Below are positions 1 through 8,062 of a stretch of 21,707 bases of DNA, piece after piece; the stretch's first letter is position 1; every line of letters starts with the position of its first letter. Under the pieces are notes generated by a model. That model worked only from the letters and a program-made list of their open reading frames with translations. It ran no database searches and was not told where the DNA came from. The position numbers and the translations under genes were made by a program. The stretch lies in IMG/VR virus record IMGVR_UViG_2718217636_000001; one strand, written 5' to 3'. The stretch comes from an uncultured virus (IMG/VR IMGVR_UViG_2718217636_000001). Taxonomy: Duplodnaviria; Heunggongvirae; Uroviricota; Caudoviricetes.

Positions 1-164
1 TGCTGCTCCAGCCACCGCATGAGCTGCGGCGTGATCTCCACGTCGCGGCACAGCCTGGTCGTGCAGACCTCGCAGATGAGTGTCCCGTCCGCTGCCTGGC
101 GGGGTTCGCCCCGTCCGCAGCGAGGGCCGATGCACAGCGGGTTCGTGTCGGTCAAGGGCAACAC
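1..164 (-). CDS. Partial (runs off left edge) Cys-rich hypothetical protein, phage-like zinc-finger N-terminus
   Basis: Not in the ORF track. GTG at 164 preceded by GGAAGGA. Reads MLPLTDTNPLCIGPRCGRGEPRQAADGTLICEVCTTRLCRDVEITPQLMRWLEQ with high-GC3 codons and a Cx4C...CxxC pattern. Confidence 0.65.
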   Translation of the reverse strand, partial: MLPLTDTNPLCIGPRCGRGEPRQAADGTLICEVCTTRLCRDVEITPQLMRWLEQ

Positions 165-356
165 TGGTCCTTCCAACGTCAAAGAGGGGCAACGAGAGTA
201 GTCTCTATCATGCAAGCATTATCGCTAGGATGATGCGATCCTCACGGCGACCGAACGACTCCGATGACGCGTGTTCTGATGATCTTCACAGAGTGGGCCA
301 TTGCTCTTTTTTTCCCCACATGAGTACATTGACATGGACTTCCTCTGGAGCAGGGC

Positions 357-1226
357 ATGAACCGATCACCAAAGCGCGACGAAGTAAGTTCTGAGCATCG
401 AATAGCGAAACGCCTCCGTCGTCTTAGATCGCCGCAAAGGAAGCTCGGCAATAAGAGCAGGGCAAAAGTTGCACGAACTTGGATAGTAGGCGTCCTGGTG
501 GCCGCACTAGGAATAACGATCACAGATGCGACCACCGGCGCCCTCTCCACGGTCGCGTCCGGCATAAAGAGCAGGATTTTTGACGGACCTCCGGTCCGCG
601 TAACTAAAACCATCGATTTTGTTAGCCAGGAACGCGAACGCCTTCGCCGATCCTCCTATATTCTTCCTGGTAGATCAATTGCATCGATGGGTCCGCCACC
701 GAAGATCGATATGGAAGATTATGCGGCAAGAGCAGCCTGGGCTAAGCAAAACAATGCTGTAGATGCTTACAACTCCTACATCCGAGTAGTGGTTGATGCG
801 CCGCAATCTAAAACGGTCGTGTTGACCGGTTTGCGCGTACGAGTTCTACAGAGGCGTCCGCCGCCATCAGGTGTGGCTATAGATGCCATCGGTGCGGGCC
901 CGATAGTGACGCGCAGCTTCTTCGCTTCGCTAGACGAAGAACAATCGCGGATTGAATACATGGAGCCCGAGGAAATAGTGCCGGGCCAAGAGAGGGCTAT
1001 TGACTTTCCATTTCGGATCTCAAATACGGAGCCTGAGGTTTTCCTCATAATCACTGACGTCCAGAAGTTTGACGTCGACTGGCAAGCAGAGCTCACATGG
1101 GTGGCCGACGGCAAGGCGGGGCGATCAGTGATAGATGATGAAGGGAAGCCATTTCGGACAGCCTCAGCCGCAAACGCTCCCATGTATACACCAACAGCTA
1201 AAGGTTGGAAGAAGGTAGGAGATTAA
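357..1226 (+). CDS. Membrane-anchored hypothetical protein with a beta-rich C-terminal domain (low-GC insert)
   Basis: 289-aa ORF in visibly lower-GC DNA. Basic N-terminus, then hydrophobic TWIVGVLVAALGITI. The C-terminus (DFPFRISNTEPEVFLI...WQAELTW...IDDEGKPFRT) resembles the C-terminal domain of actinomycete HTH-TM proteins. Confidence 0.75.
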   Translation: MNRSPKRDEVSSEHRIAKRLRRLRSPQRKLGNKSRAKVARTWIVGVLVAALGITITDATTGALSTVASGIKSRIFDGPPVRVTKTIDFVSQERERLRRSSYILPGRSIASMGPPPKIDMEDYAARAAWAKQNNAVDAYNSYIRVVVDAPQSKTVVLTGLRVRVLQRRPPPSGVAIDAIGAGPIVTRSFFASLDEEQSRIEYMEPEEIVPGQERAIDFPFRISNTEPEVFLIITDVQKFDVDWQAELTWVADGKAGRSVIDDEGKPFRTASAANAPMYTPTAKGWKKVGD

Positions 1227-1327
1227 TACAGTGGCGACGATCGAGAATACCGCCCTCACGGCTGGGTCGACGACGTTCTTCAGGTAACCGTCAGGCCCCA
1301 GTAGAAAAGCATGTACGTGGCTGGGGC

Positions 1328-2005
1328 TCATCTGAGGATTCCGTGCGTGATGCCATCGGCCACGTCTCGCACGCAGCGGGCGTCGCCGAGCGCGGTGTGC
1401 TTGGTGTACCAGGGCTGGGTGACGCCGACGACCTCCCAGGGGAGCACGTCGGTGCTGGTTTCGAGCCAGTCGCGGACATGCTCTGCGGCCTCGCCGGTGA
1501 ACGCCTCGTCCACCTTGCCGCCAGCGGCGGCCAGGCGGCCGAGCACGTAGCCCTTCAGCATGCTGCGGATGTCGTCCATGCGGTGCGACGCCGTGAACGC
1601 CTGCCCGTGGGCACGCAGGAACGAGCGAAGGAAGTCCCGATCATGCCTAGGGTTGTTCGCCACGATGGTCGCGCCGTCGAGCTGCCGGGCGATCTGCAGC
1701 GCGATGTCATCCGCCGTCATGTTCTTTGCGATCGTGCCCTCGTCGGTGTCGTCCCAGTTCGCGCCGCACGACAGCAGCACGCCGTGGCCGATGGGAAGGT
1801 GAGCGACCTGACTCCGCTCGTAGTACTGGCTGACCTGCAGCGCCTTGGGGTCCGCGGCGGTGAGGCCGGGCCTCACCTGCCACCAGAACTCCGCCTCGCC
1901 GCCCTCGGGGAAATCGGGGTCGCGCACGATCAGCGCGGCCTCCCAGAGGTGGCCGATTTCCGCGTCGAGGTGCGTCGACTCCGTGTCGAGGTATACGTAG
2001 CGCAT
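1328..2005 (-). CDS. DEDD-family (DnaQ-like) 3'-5' exonuclease
   Basis: ExoI YLDTEST, ExoII ANNPRHDRDFL, ExoIII HTALGDA (DEDDh). RBS GAAAGGAA upstream of the ATG. Confidence 0.85.
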   Translation of the reverse strand: MRYVYLDTESTHLDAEIGHLWEAALIVRDPDFPEGGEAEFWWQVRPGLTAADPKALQVSQYYERSQVAHLPIGHGVLLSCGANWDDTDEGTIAKNMTADDIALQIARQLDGATIVANNPRHDRDFLRSFLRAHGQAFTASHRMDDIRSMLKGYVLGRLAAAGGKVDEAFTGEAAEHVRDWLETSTDVLPWEVVGVTQPWYTKHTALGDARCVRDVADGITHGILR

Positions 2006-2041
2006 GGGTGTTCCTTTCTGGGGTGGGGTGGTTGCTGGTCG

Positions 2042-2560
2042 TCAGGTGTTGTCCTGCGACAGCCACGCCCTGACGAAGTGGTTGAGCCGGGCGGCCACGA
2101 TCTCGTCGATCTGCCGCAGGTCGATGGTGTTGTCGCCGTCGTTCTTGGCGGCGGCCCACAGCTGCAGGACCTGCGCGAGTGTGGCCGTCAGCTCGGCGGT
2201 GAGGCTGCCCGGCGAGTAGTCCCGCTCGACCGCACCCAAGAGCCGGTCGTAGTCGGGCAAATGCATCAGGGTCCGGTACTCGGCGGCTCCGGCTTTGAGG
2301 CGGAACCGCTGCATGTATCCCTGTTTGGTCCACAGGTTGACGTGCCGGTGTTTGTCGGGGTCGTAGTCGGCGCCCTGGATGGTGAAGCCGTAGCCCCACC
2401 GGCTGACGTACGGGGTGATGTGCTTGCGGGGGATGTTGTGCTCCCGGCAGATGAGGAGCATGTCGTACCGGAGGCCGCGGACGACTTGGCTGGTGTCGCC
2501 GTCGATGTAGTCCATCGGCACGGTGCGGTGGGGTGGGGTGAGGGTGGGGGCGCGACGCAT
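2042..2560 (-). CDS. Hypothetical protein
   Basis: 172-aa ORF with high-GC3 codons and GGAG before ATG 2560. Alternative start ATG 2515. Confidence 0.75.
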   Translation of the reverse strand: MRRAPTLTPPHRTVPMDYIDGDTSQVVRGLRYDMLLICREHNIPRKHITPYVSRWGYGFTIQGADYDPDKHRHVNLWTKQGYMQRFRLKAGAAEYRTLMHLPDYDRLLGAVERDYSPGSLTAELTATLAQVLQLWAAAKNDGDNTIDLRQIDEIVAARLNHFVRAWLSQDNT

Positions 2561-2578
2561 GAGGTCTCCGAGGGTAGG

Positions 2579-2609
2579 GAGGGGGCCCGGCGCGCGGCCG
2601 GGCCCCCTC
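2579..2609. terminator. GC-rich intergenic hairpin (terminator or processing stem)
   Basis: Perfect 13-bp inverted repeat GAGGGGGCCCGGC-gcgcg-GCCGGGCCCCCTC right after the stop at 2612. Confidence 0.6.
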
Positions 2610-2611
2610 GG

Positions 2612-3226
2612 TCAGGAGCAGTGCTTGCGGATCAGGTCGAGCAGGTCGTCCAGGAACGTCTTGTCCTGAGCGAATTCCAGGCTGTGGTGGAAGCCGCCCC
2701 GCATGGTGGCGATGATCGTCATGCTGGCGGCCTTGCCGTCGGGGCCGACGAAGTTGATCAGCTCTCGGTCCCTGTTGCTGTACTGCGCCCCGCCGGGCAG
2801 CAGCGCGGCGAGCCGCTCACCTTCGGCTCGCCGCGCGGCCTGCGCGGCTTCCCGCTCGGCGGTCCTGCTCCGCTCCGCGTCGAGCAGCCTGCGGTAGGCC
2901 GGCCGCAACTTCCGGTCGATCTGGGCGGCCACGGTCTTCGCCGGGCGGGTCAACGCCGCGGTGGTCATCGGGCCGCAGAGCCGGTGCAGGCACTTCGGGT
3001 TCTCCAGGTCCACGTCCAGGCCCAGGCCCATGAAGGTGATCCGGTCTGTGGCGCGGGCACCGTAGGTGCTGTGCACCAGAGCGACCCGCTCGTCCCCGTT
3101 GACCAGGACCTGGGCCATGATGCCGTGGTCCTGGTAGACCTTCTGTCTCTCCCAGCCCTCCCCGAGGTGCTGAGCGATCTCGATGGCGAAGCGCTCGACG
3201 CGGGCGGGATCCATGTACCTGATCAC
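2612..3226 (-). CDS. Hypothetical protein
   Basis: Likely start GTG 3226 (GTGA overlap with the upstream stop, RBS AGGAGG). About 204 aa with a charged coiled-coil-like stretch. Confidence 0.75.
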   Translation of the reverse strand: MIRYMDPARVERFAIEIAQHLGEGWERQKVYQDHGIMAQVLVNGDERVALVHSTYGARATDRITFMGLGLDVDLENPKCLHRLCGPMTTAALTRPAKTVAAQIDRKLRPAYRRLLDAERSRTAEREAAQAARRAEGERLAALLPGGAQYSNRDRELINFVGPDGKAASMTIIATMRGGFHHSLEFAQDKTFLDDLLDLIRKHCS

Positions 3227-3477
3227 TGGCTGTCCTCCTGGACGATGTCGAGACGGGAGGCCGACGCGGTGGAAACGGGTTTCCGGTCGGGGTTGCGGTG
3301 GTCGGCTCGGTGGATGCGGGCCAGTTCCTCCGCTGGGGCCTTGATCCCGCAGGGCATGGTGGCCCACACGCCGCCGTCGACCCCGAGGGTGCAGCCGGGG
3401 GTGTGGCAGACGGCCCGGTGCCGGGTCTCGCCCTTGAACTGCACCGGCTCGATCTTCACGACGATGCGCGCCATCAC
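3223..3477 (-). CDS. Small Cys/His-containing hypothetical protein
   Basis: 84 aa. RBS AGAAAGGA. GTGA coupling at both ends. CHTPGC...C...HRADH. Confidence 0.7.
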   Translation of the reverse strand: MMARIVVKIEPVQFKGETRHRAVCHTPGCTLGVDGGVWATMPCGIKAPAEELARIHRADHRNPDRKPVSTASASRLDIVQEDSQ

Positions 3478-4097
3478 TTGCCATCCTTTCTGCTTGCGTT
3501 AACGGTCACGTCCTTGGTCCAGTCCTCCCACCGGCTGCCGTCCATGCCGACCCAGCCGGGGTTGACGACGTACAGACCCTCGCAAGCAATGGCGACGAAG
3601 TAGCCGACGTTCTGGTGCTCTGTGTCCTCCGCGCCGGGCTGGACGCCGCACACCGGGCAGGTGAGGGTCAGCCACTTCATGATCTTCTCGGGGTGCTCGT
3701 CGATGGCCTGGGCGAGGCAGGCGAGGTAGCCGGCGTCGTCGGCGAAGTACGTACGGCTGCTGACGATCTCCCCGATCCTGGCGCTGTGGTAGTTGTCTTC
3801 CATGCTGTCGATCCACCGCTCCTCGTGGTCGGAGAGGTAGGGGGATAGCGCGTCCGGGGTGACGCCCAGGTGGACCTCGAACTTCATCTCCCAGTCGTAG
3901 GTGACCACTTCCTCGACCCTGATGCGGATCGTGCGGGTCTCGCGGGGCAGGTTCTGCTCGACGAGGTACGGCGGGGACGGGGTGGGGCAGAAGGGGTTCG
4001 TGACGGTGGTGTGCCCCCACACATCAGGGCGGCCGTTCGCGGCCCGGTTGATGATGGGGGTCCTGCATCTGGTGCAGGTCGTTTTCGTGTTCTTCAT
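3474..4097 (-). CDS. Hypothetical protein with CxxC motifs
   Basis: 207 aa. RBS GAAGGAAG. CTRC...H...C and CPVC...H...C putative Zn sites. Confidence 0.75.
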   Translation of the reverse strand: MKNTKTTCTRCRTPIINRAANGRPDVWGHTTVTNPFCPTPSPPYLVEQNLPRETRTIRIRVEEVVTYDWEMKFEVHLGVTPDALSPYLSDHEERWIDSMEDNYHSARIGEIVSSRTYFADDAGYLACLAQAIDEHPEKIMKWLTLTCPVCGVQPGAEDTEHQNVGYFVAIACEGLYVVNPGWVGMDGSRWEDWTKDVTVNASRKDGK

Positions 4098-4117
4098 GGC
4101 TTCCTTCGGGTTGGATG

Positions 4118-4148
4118 AGCGGCGGGCGCTGGGTGGGCGCCCGCCGCT
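4118..4148. terminator. Intergenic hairpin
   Basis: AGCGGCGGGCGC-tgggtgg-GCGCCCGCCGCT, a perfect 12-bp stem just after the DUF2786 stop. Confidence 0.6.
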
Positions 4149-4153
4149 GGGGG

Positions 4154-4882
4154 TTAGGCGTTGATGGCGCGCCGGTCGCCGCCGAGGCGGGCACGGCCGC
4201 CGACGTCGGCGCGGTCGCCCGCGTCGCGTCCAGCGAGGAACGCGCCGTAGTCCTTGACCGGGCGGGCCTTGACGGTGCCGGTGTTGGGGGCCTTGGTCTT
4301 GAAGTACTGCTCGACGGCGGTCGCGCGGTCGCGTAGGACGAGTTCGGTTGACGGGCCGCCGTTGCTGGCGTCGGCCTCGGCCGCGGCCTGCTGGTTGGCT
4401 TCGCGCAGCTTCTCGCCGACGCGGCTGGCGAACCCTCGCATGAAAGCCTTGCGGGCGGGTGCACGGCCTCTACCGGCCGGGAGGATGGTGTTGACCTCGT
4501 TGCTCATCTGCAGCGACAGGGAGGCGTAGAGCATGGTCACGGCGTCGAGGTCGCTCGTGTGTCCGACGACCAGGACGTACGTGATGCCGTTGACCTTCCA
4601 TTGCACGGCGCGGCAGGTCTTGGCGTCGACGATGGAGCCGATGAGGTACAGGTGTTCGAGCTGGTAGGTCTTGACGTCAACGATGAGGACCGAGGTGCCG
4701 AGCTCGTCGGGGGTTTGTCCGGCGGCGGCGAGGTGGGCGCGTTCGACGTTGTACTTGGCCATGAGCGCCATGGCGCGCTCGCGGTGGACTTTGGCTTCTT
4801 CGGGGCTGGTGTTGGGGTGTTCGGCGACGGCGAGGAGTCGCCGGATGCGCTCGATGGTCTTTTCGGTTGCGGTGGTGGTCAC
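4154..4882 (-). CDS. DUF2786 domain-containing protein
   Basis: N-terminal 'IERIRRLLAVAEHPNTSPEEAKVHRERAMALMAKYNV' is the DUF2786 pattern. C-terminal 'AFMRGFASRV...G..AG..AD' is typical of these proteins. Start GTG 4882 after AGAAAGG. Confidence 0.85.
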   Translation of the reverse strand: MTTTATEKTIERIRRLLAVAEHPNTSPEEAKVHRERAMALMAKYNVERAHLAAAGQTPDELGTSVLIVDVKTYQLEHLYLIGSIVDAKTCRAVQWKVNGITYVLVVGHTSDLDAVTMLYASLSLQMSNEVNTILPAGRGRAPARKAFMRGFASRVGEKLREANQQAAAEADASNGGPSTELVLRDRATAVEQYFKTKAPNTGTVKARPVKDYGAFLAGRDAGDRADVGGRARLGGDRRAINA

Positions 4883-4972
4883 CGGTTGGTCGTGCCTTTC
4901 TTGGGTTGGTGCGAGCGATTTTGCTTGCGTGAGCTGGGTGGGCTCGCGCGTGCTGGTTTGTGGATCTTCCGT

Positions 4973-5001
4973 ATTCTGGCATGGTCGTTCCGTTTTCGCA
5001 A
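4973..5001 (-). promoter_or_regulatory. Putative housekeeping-sigma promoter for the DUF2786-to-exonuclease operon
   Basis: Minus strand TTGCGA-N17-CAGAAT, with TG one base before the -10. Confidence 0.45.
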
Positions 5002-5250
5002 CGAGCCCTAGGGCGTGCTGAAACACTCTCTGAGAGCGCGTGAGACGCGAGCCAGTCCCCCACGCACGCAAACCACGCTGAGAAGCGCTTACGGGGGCTC
5101 TCAGCTCCGCGTGCGCGCACTCTCCGCGCCACGACGGGCGGGAATCCGGCGACCGACACGCAAGCACCGTCACTTGCGGAATAAACCGAAGCGCGGGAAG
5201 GTAAGGTGCACTAACCCAACCGCCGCCCTGGCAAGGAGACACCGCCACCC

Positions 5251-5739
5251 ATGGCCCGCTCGATCAAAGCCGCAGCCACCCGCAAAACGCTAGTCACGCA
5301 AGCGAAACAGCAGGCCCCTCGTGTCCGCACCAAGGCGCGGCAGGACAAGCCCACGCTGTCCGCCCGCATCAGTCACCAGACCAACGAACGGCTCAGCATC
5401 GCCAACGAGGACACCGGCCTCGGCATCTCCGGCATCGTCGAAGCCGCCCTGACCGAGTACTTCGACTTCCTCGGCATCCCCGCCGACGTCGAACCGCCCC
5501 GCGCCCCAGACGGCAGCCGCCCCAAGCGGGAACGCACCCTCAAGAAGCGCATCCGCCGCGCCAGGGAAGAGGTCGACGAAGTACCGATCGCGCCGCGCAT
5601 CACCCGGCAGACGGACAACCGGCTTACGGTTGCGTGCCTGAACACCTCCACCGGCCCGCAGGACGTGGTGGAGACCGCGTTGAAGGCGTGGCTCATGCGG
5701 CACGGCATCCCGCTCTACCGCCCCACCCCCGGCACCTGA
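5251..5739 (+). CDS. Tandem ribbon-helix-helix (RHH)-like DNA-binding protein
   Basis: RBS AAGGAG. Two internal repeats, PTLSARISHQTNERLSIANEDTGLGISGIVEAALTEYFDFLGIP and VPIAPRITRQTDNRLTVACLNTSTGPQDVVETALKAWLMRHGIP, each with a beta-strand/helix/G-turn/helix RHH pattern. Confidence 0.7.
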   Translation: MARSIKAAATRKTLVTQAKQQAPRVRTKARQDKPTLSARISHQTNERLSIANEDTGLGISGIVEAALTEYFDFLGIPADVEPPRAPDGSRPKRERTLKKRIRRAREEVDEVPIAPRITRQTDNRLTVACLNTSTGPQDVVETALKAWLMRHGIPLYRPTPGT

Positions 5740-5931
5740 CAAAACAGGAGGGCGAGGTTGGGCCAGTAGCCGGGCCGGCCGCCGGGATCGCTCGCCGAGG
5801 ACCGGTTTCGGGCCGGACGTTCGGGGATGAGTCAGGGGCCCGGACGCGGCCGGATGAGGGGGACACGAGACGACCGGACGGCCGTCCGGTGCGTAGCATG
5901 GTGCTCCCCCCTGATGGCTGGAGGTCGTGCC

Positions 5932-6150
5932 ATGGACTGGGAGTTCTTTCGGCTCTATGCCTTGGTCGCGGCCGGGCTGGTCGTCGTGATCTTCATCCTG
6001 TTTGCGGTCATGGAGGCGACCGGGCCGGGGGTCTTCCTCCTGCTTCTGGTCGCCCTGGGGATCGCCGCGGCCAGCGAATCACGAGGGAAGAGGAAAGGGG
6101 GGCCCGGCGACGAGGACGGGTGGTCCAGCGACGCGGGCGGCGGCGAATAG
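5932..6150 (+). CDS. Small two-TM membrane protein
   Basis: GGAGG then ATG 5932. 72 aa with two hydrophobic segments and a polar tail. Confidence 0.65.
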   Translation: MDWEFFRLYALVAAGLVVVIFILFAVMEATGPGVFLLLLVALGIAAASESRGKRKGGPGDEDGWSSDAGGGE

Positions 6151-6227
6151 CCGTCCGGCCCAGGGGCGCCACCTTCACCGAAGCTTCTGCCGTTATCTAG
6201 GGTACTGGCGGGCCTGTTTCAACCAAG

Positions 6228-6265
6228 CGCCAGAGAGGCCAGCGCTTTCGCTGGCCTCTCTGGCG
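6228..6265. terminator. Probable bidirectional terminator
   Basis: Perfect 17-bp stem CGCCAGAGAGGCCAGCG-cttt-CGCTGGCCTCTCTGGCG between convergent genes. Confidence 0.75.
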
Positions 6266-6267
6266 TT

Positions 6268-6645
6268 TCAGATGCGGCGGGACCGCTTGATGAGCAGCTG
6301 CGCGTCAGCGTCGCTGAGTCGCCCGCCCTCCGGGACGCAGCCATGCTCGCACGGCATGCCCTCGGCCGCGCCCCACAAGCGGCAGATCAGCGGACGCAGC
6401 TCGTACGCCCGGCACCGACCGTCATCGCCCAGCGCCGCGCACGGCTCGGCCTCGGTCACCCGACTGACCCGCTCCCGCATCAAGGCTCCGACCGACGTCG
6501 GAAGCGGGAACCCGGCCTCGGCCATCCGCTGCGCCTCCCGCCGGCCCCCGGCGATGCTCGTGCAATGCTCCTGGCACAGGCCCTTGCAGCCCACGTCCGG
6601 GACCTTCGCGTACAGCTCCTGCAGCAGGACGTCCTGCCGGTCAGT
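6268..6645 (-). CDS. YkgJ-family (CxxCxxCC-like) cysteine-cluster protein; 5' end irregular
   Basis: CKGLCQEHC...C..L...GRCRAYELRPLICRLWG...C.HGC. The coding frame extends to 6645 (TDRQDVLLQELYAKVPDV), but ATG 6649 is one base out of frame. The only in-frame start is GTG 6594. Confidence 0.75.
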   Translation of the reverse strand, partial: TDRQDVLLQELYAKVPDVGCKGLCQEHCTSIAGGRREAQRMAEAGFPLPTSVGALMRERVSRVTEAEPCAALGDDGRCRAYELRPLICRLWGAAEGMPCEHGCVPEGGRLSDADAQLLIKRSRRI

Positions 6646-7018
6646 CCATCGGGTACTTGCCGACGTTGTAGTTGCCGCATCCGATCCGGCCGTCCCAATC
6701 GCACCACCCCTTCGGCCCGCCGATCCACGGCGAAGCGATGCGCGCGTTGCCCAGATACTCCAGCTGCAGGACTCCCACCCGCTGCCGCCACTCCCTCTTC
6801 CCTGCCCACGCCGACTTCTTCGTCTCGATGTCCGCGCTGAACGGCGGCTCGGCCGGCATGCCGTACTCGGCGGCCAGGCCCTCCACGGCCGCCTTCCACG
6901 CCCTGTCGTTCGTGCTCAGAAACCAGTCGTCAGTGCGTACCAGGATCTCGCTGGCCTGCTCGCGCGTCACCGGCTCGCCGACGACCAGGAGGCGCGGCCA
7001 CTTCGTCAGGTCGATCAT
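6641..7018 (-). CDS. Hypothetical protein, possibly C-terminally truncated
   Basis: GGAG then ATG ATG. Conserved-looking WPRLLVVGEPVT...ASPWIGGPKGWCDWDGRIGC, ending abruptly at GKYPMD*. Confidence 0.7.
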   Translation of the reverse strand: MIDLTKWPRLLVVGEPVTREQASEILVRTDDWFLSTNDRAWKAAVEGLAAEYGMPAEPPFSADIETKKSAWAGKREWRQRVGVLQLEYLGNARIASPWIGGPKGWCDWDGRIGCGNYNVGKYPMD

Positions 7019-7061
7019 CATTCTCCATTCGGGGGTTGATCGATTGTCGCGCTGTTCGAGA

Positions 7062-7499
7062 TCACAGCGAACCGAACAAGTCGAGCTGGTCGCCGCCGAC
7101 CGGAGCCTCCTCGGCGGCCTTCCGCACGGCCGCCATCGTGCCCACCGGCTGCGGCCGGTGCGTCCCCGGATCCACCTCGAAATGCATCTGGCAGATGTCG
7201 GCCCGGCGGCCCTTGTAGACCGCCGAATACCAGCCGCCACGGAGTGCCGTGGGGTGGTAGGCGATCTCCCGGCCGCGTTCGACGCTGTCGGCCGCCTCCT
7301 CCGCGATCAGCAGCATGGTCATGCAGTTCGTGTACTCGCAGGCGAGCACGACCATCGCGTCCAGCTCGGGCGCGTCCGGGTGCAGCGTGGCGACCAGCTC
7401 GCGGGCGTGCGCCACGGTGCGCACCTCGAACCGGTACATCTTCGTGTCGTCGGCCCACGGGCTCTTACCCTTCTCGTGCAGCCAGATCCACGCGCTCAC
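7062..7499 (-). CDS. Hypothetical protein with a C-terminal QLDLF beta-clamp-binding-like motif
   Basis: GGAGG plus GTG, GTGA overlap. 145 aa ending GDQLDLFGSL. Confidence 0.75.
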   Translation of the reverse strand: MSAWIWLHEKGKSPWADDTKMYRFEVRTVAHARELVATLHPDAPELDAMVVLACEYTNCMTMLLIAEEAADSVERGREIAYHPTALRGGWYSAVYKGRRADICQMHFEVDPGTHRPQPVGTMAAVRKAAEEAPVGGDQLDLFGSL

Positions 7500-8062
7500 T
7501 CGGCACCTCCCACGTGAAACTCCAGGTCAAGCGCCTCCTGCGCGGACCTCTGCGTCTTCTTCGTCTGGTAGTACGACGCGGCCAGGTCGTAGCCGCCGCC
7601 CGGCGCCCTACCGGGCGAGTGCCGGGAGAAGCGGGAGTCGGCCCGGATGGTGACGATCGGGCCGCCTGCCTCCAGCCAGCCCGGCGGGTAAGCCCGCTTC
7701 ACGTCGGACAGCCACCGCTCGTAGTTCGACTTCGACGGCTTCACGCCAGGCAGGTCGCGCCAGCCAGGCCAGGCGTGGTCGTGAGCGTCCTCGACGGCGT
7801 CCCGCTCCCGCTCGCGGGTCTCGCCCTCCCAGTCGCAGCCCAGGCACGCGCCCCGGTACAGCTGGTGCCACTTCGGCTCGTCAACGACGCGGAACAGGAT
7901 GGTCGGCCGGTGGTCCGGCGCGGTCGACGGGAACTCGTCGTTTCCGCGCACGTTCGCGCCCGGGTGAGCGAAGTAGATGCCCCACTGGCCGCGCCCCTCA
8001 CCGATCGGGAGCTGCCGGCGGGCGGCGTGGCGGGCCGCCGCTCCGCGAGACTCACCGCTCAT
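7496..8062 (-). CDS. DUF6349-like protein
   Basis: Start ATG 8062 after GGGAG. Motifs YRGACLGCDWEG...AVEDAHDHAWPGWRDLP...YPPGW...GGPI.T.R...RH.PGR.PGGGYDL. Confidence 0.7.
   Translation of the reverse strand: MSGESRGAAARHAARRQLPIGEGRGQWGIYFAHPGANVRGNDEFPSTAPDHRPTILFRVVDEPKWHQLYRGACLGCDWEGETRERERDAVEDAHDHAWPGWRDLPGVKPSKSNYERWLSDVKRAYPPGWLEAGGPIVTIRADSRFSRHSPGRAPGGGYDLAASYYQTKKTQRSAQEALDLEFHVGGAE

Noticed and set aside
1205..3502. 765-aa plus-strand ORF, and similar long ORFs such as 6002-7039, 7244-8218, 11391-12413 and 13398-14300
   Set aside because: Antisense shadows of high-GC minus-strand genes. The minus-strand ORFs carry the RBSs, coupling and motifs.
5020..5125. Possible oriT or ssDNA promoter in the divergent intergenic region (GCTGAGA...TCTCAGC hairpin)
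   Set aside because: Only weak inverted repeats, no recognisable nic site and no relaxase in the window.
4883..5248. N-terminal extensions given by the ORF track (also for 2612-3484, 10734-12614, 12694-13884 and 13595-14557)
   Set aside because: They overlap other genes or regulatory DNA. Internal starts have clear RBSs or stop-start overlaps.
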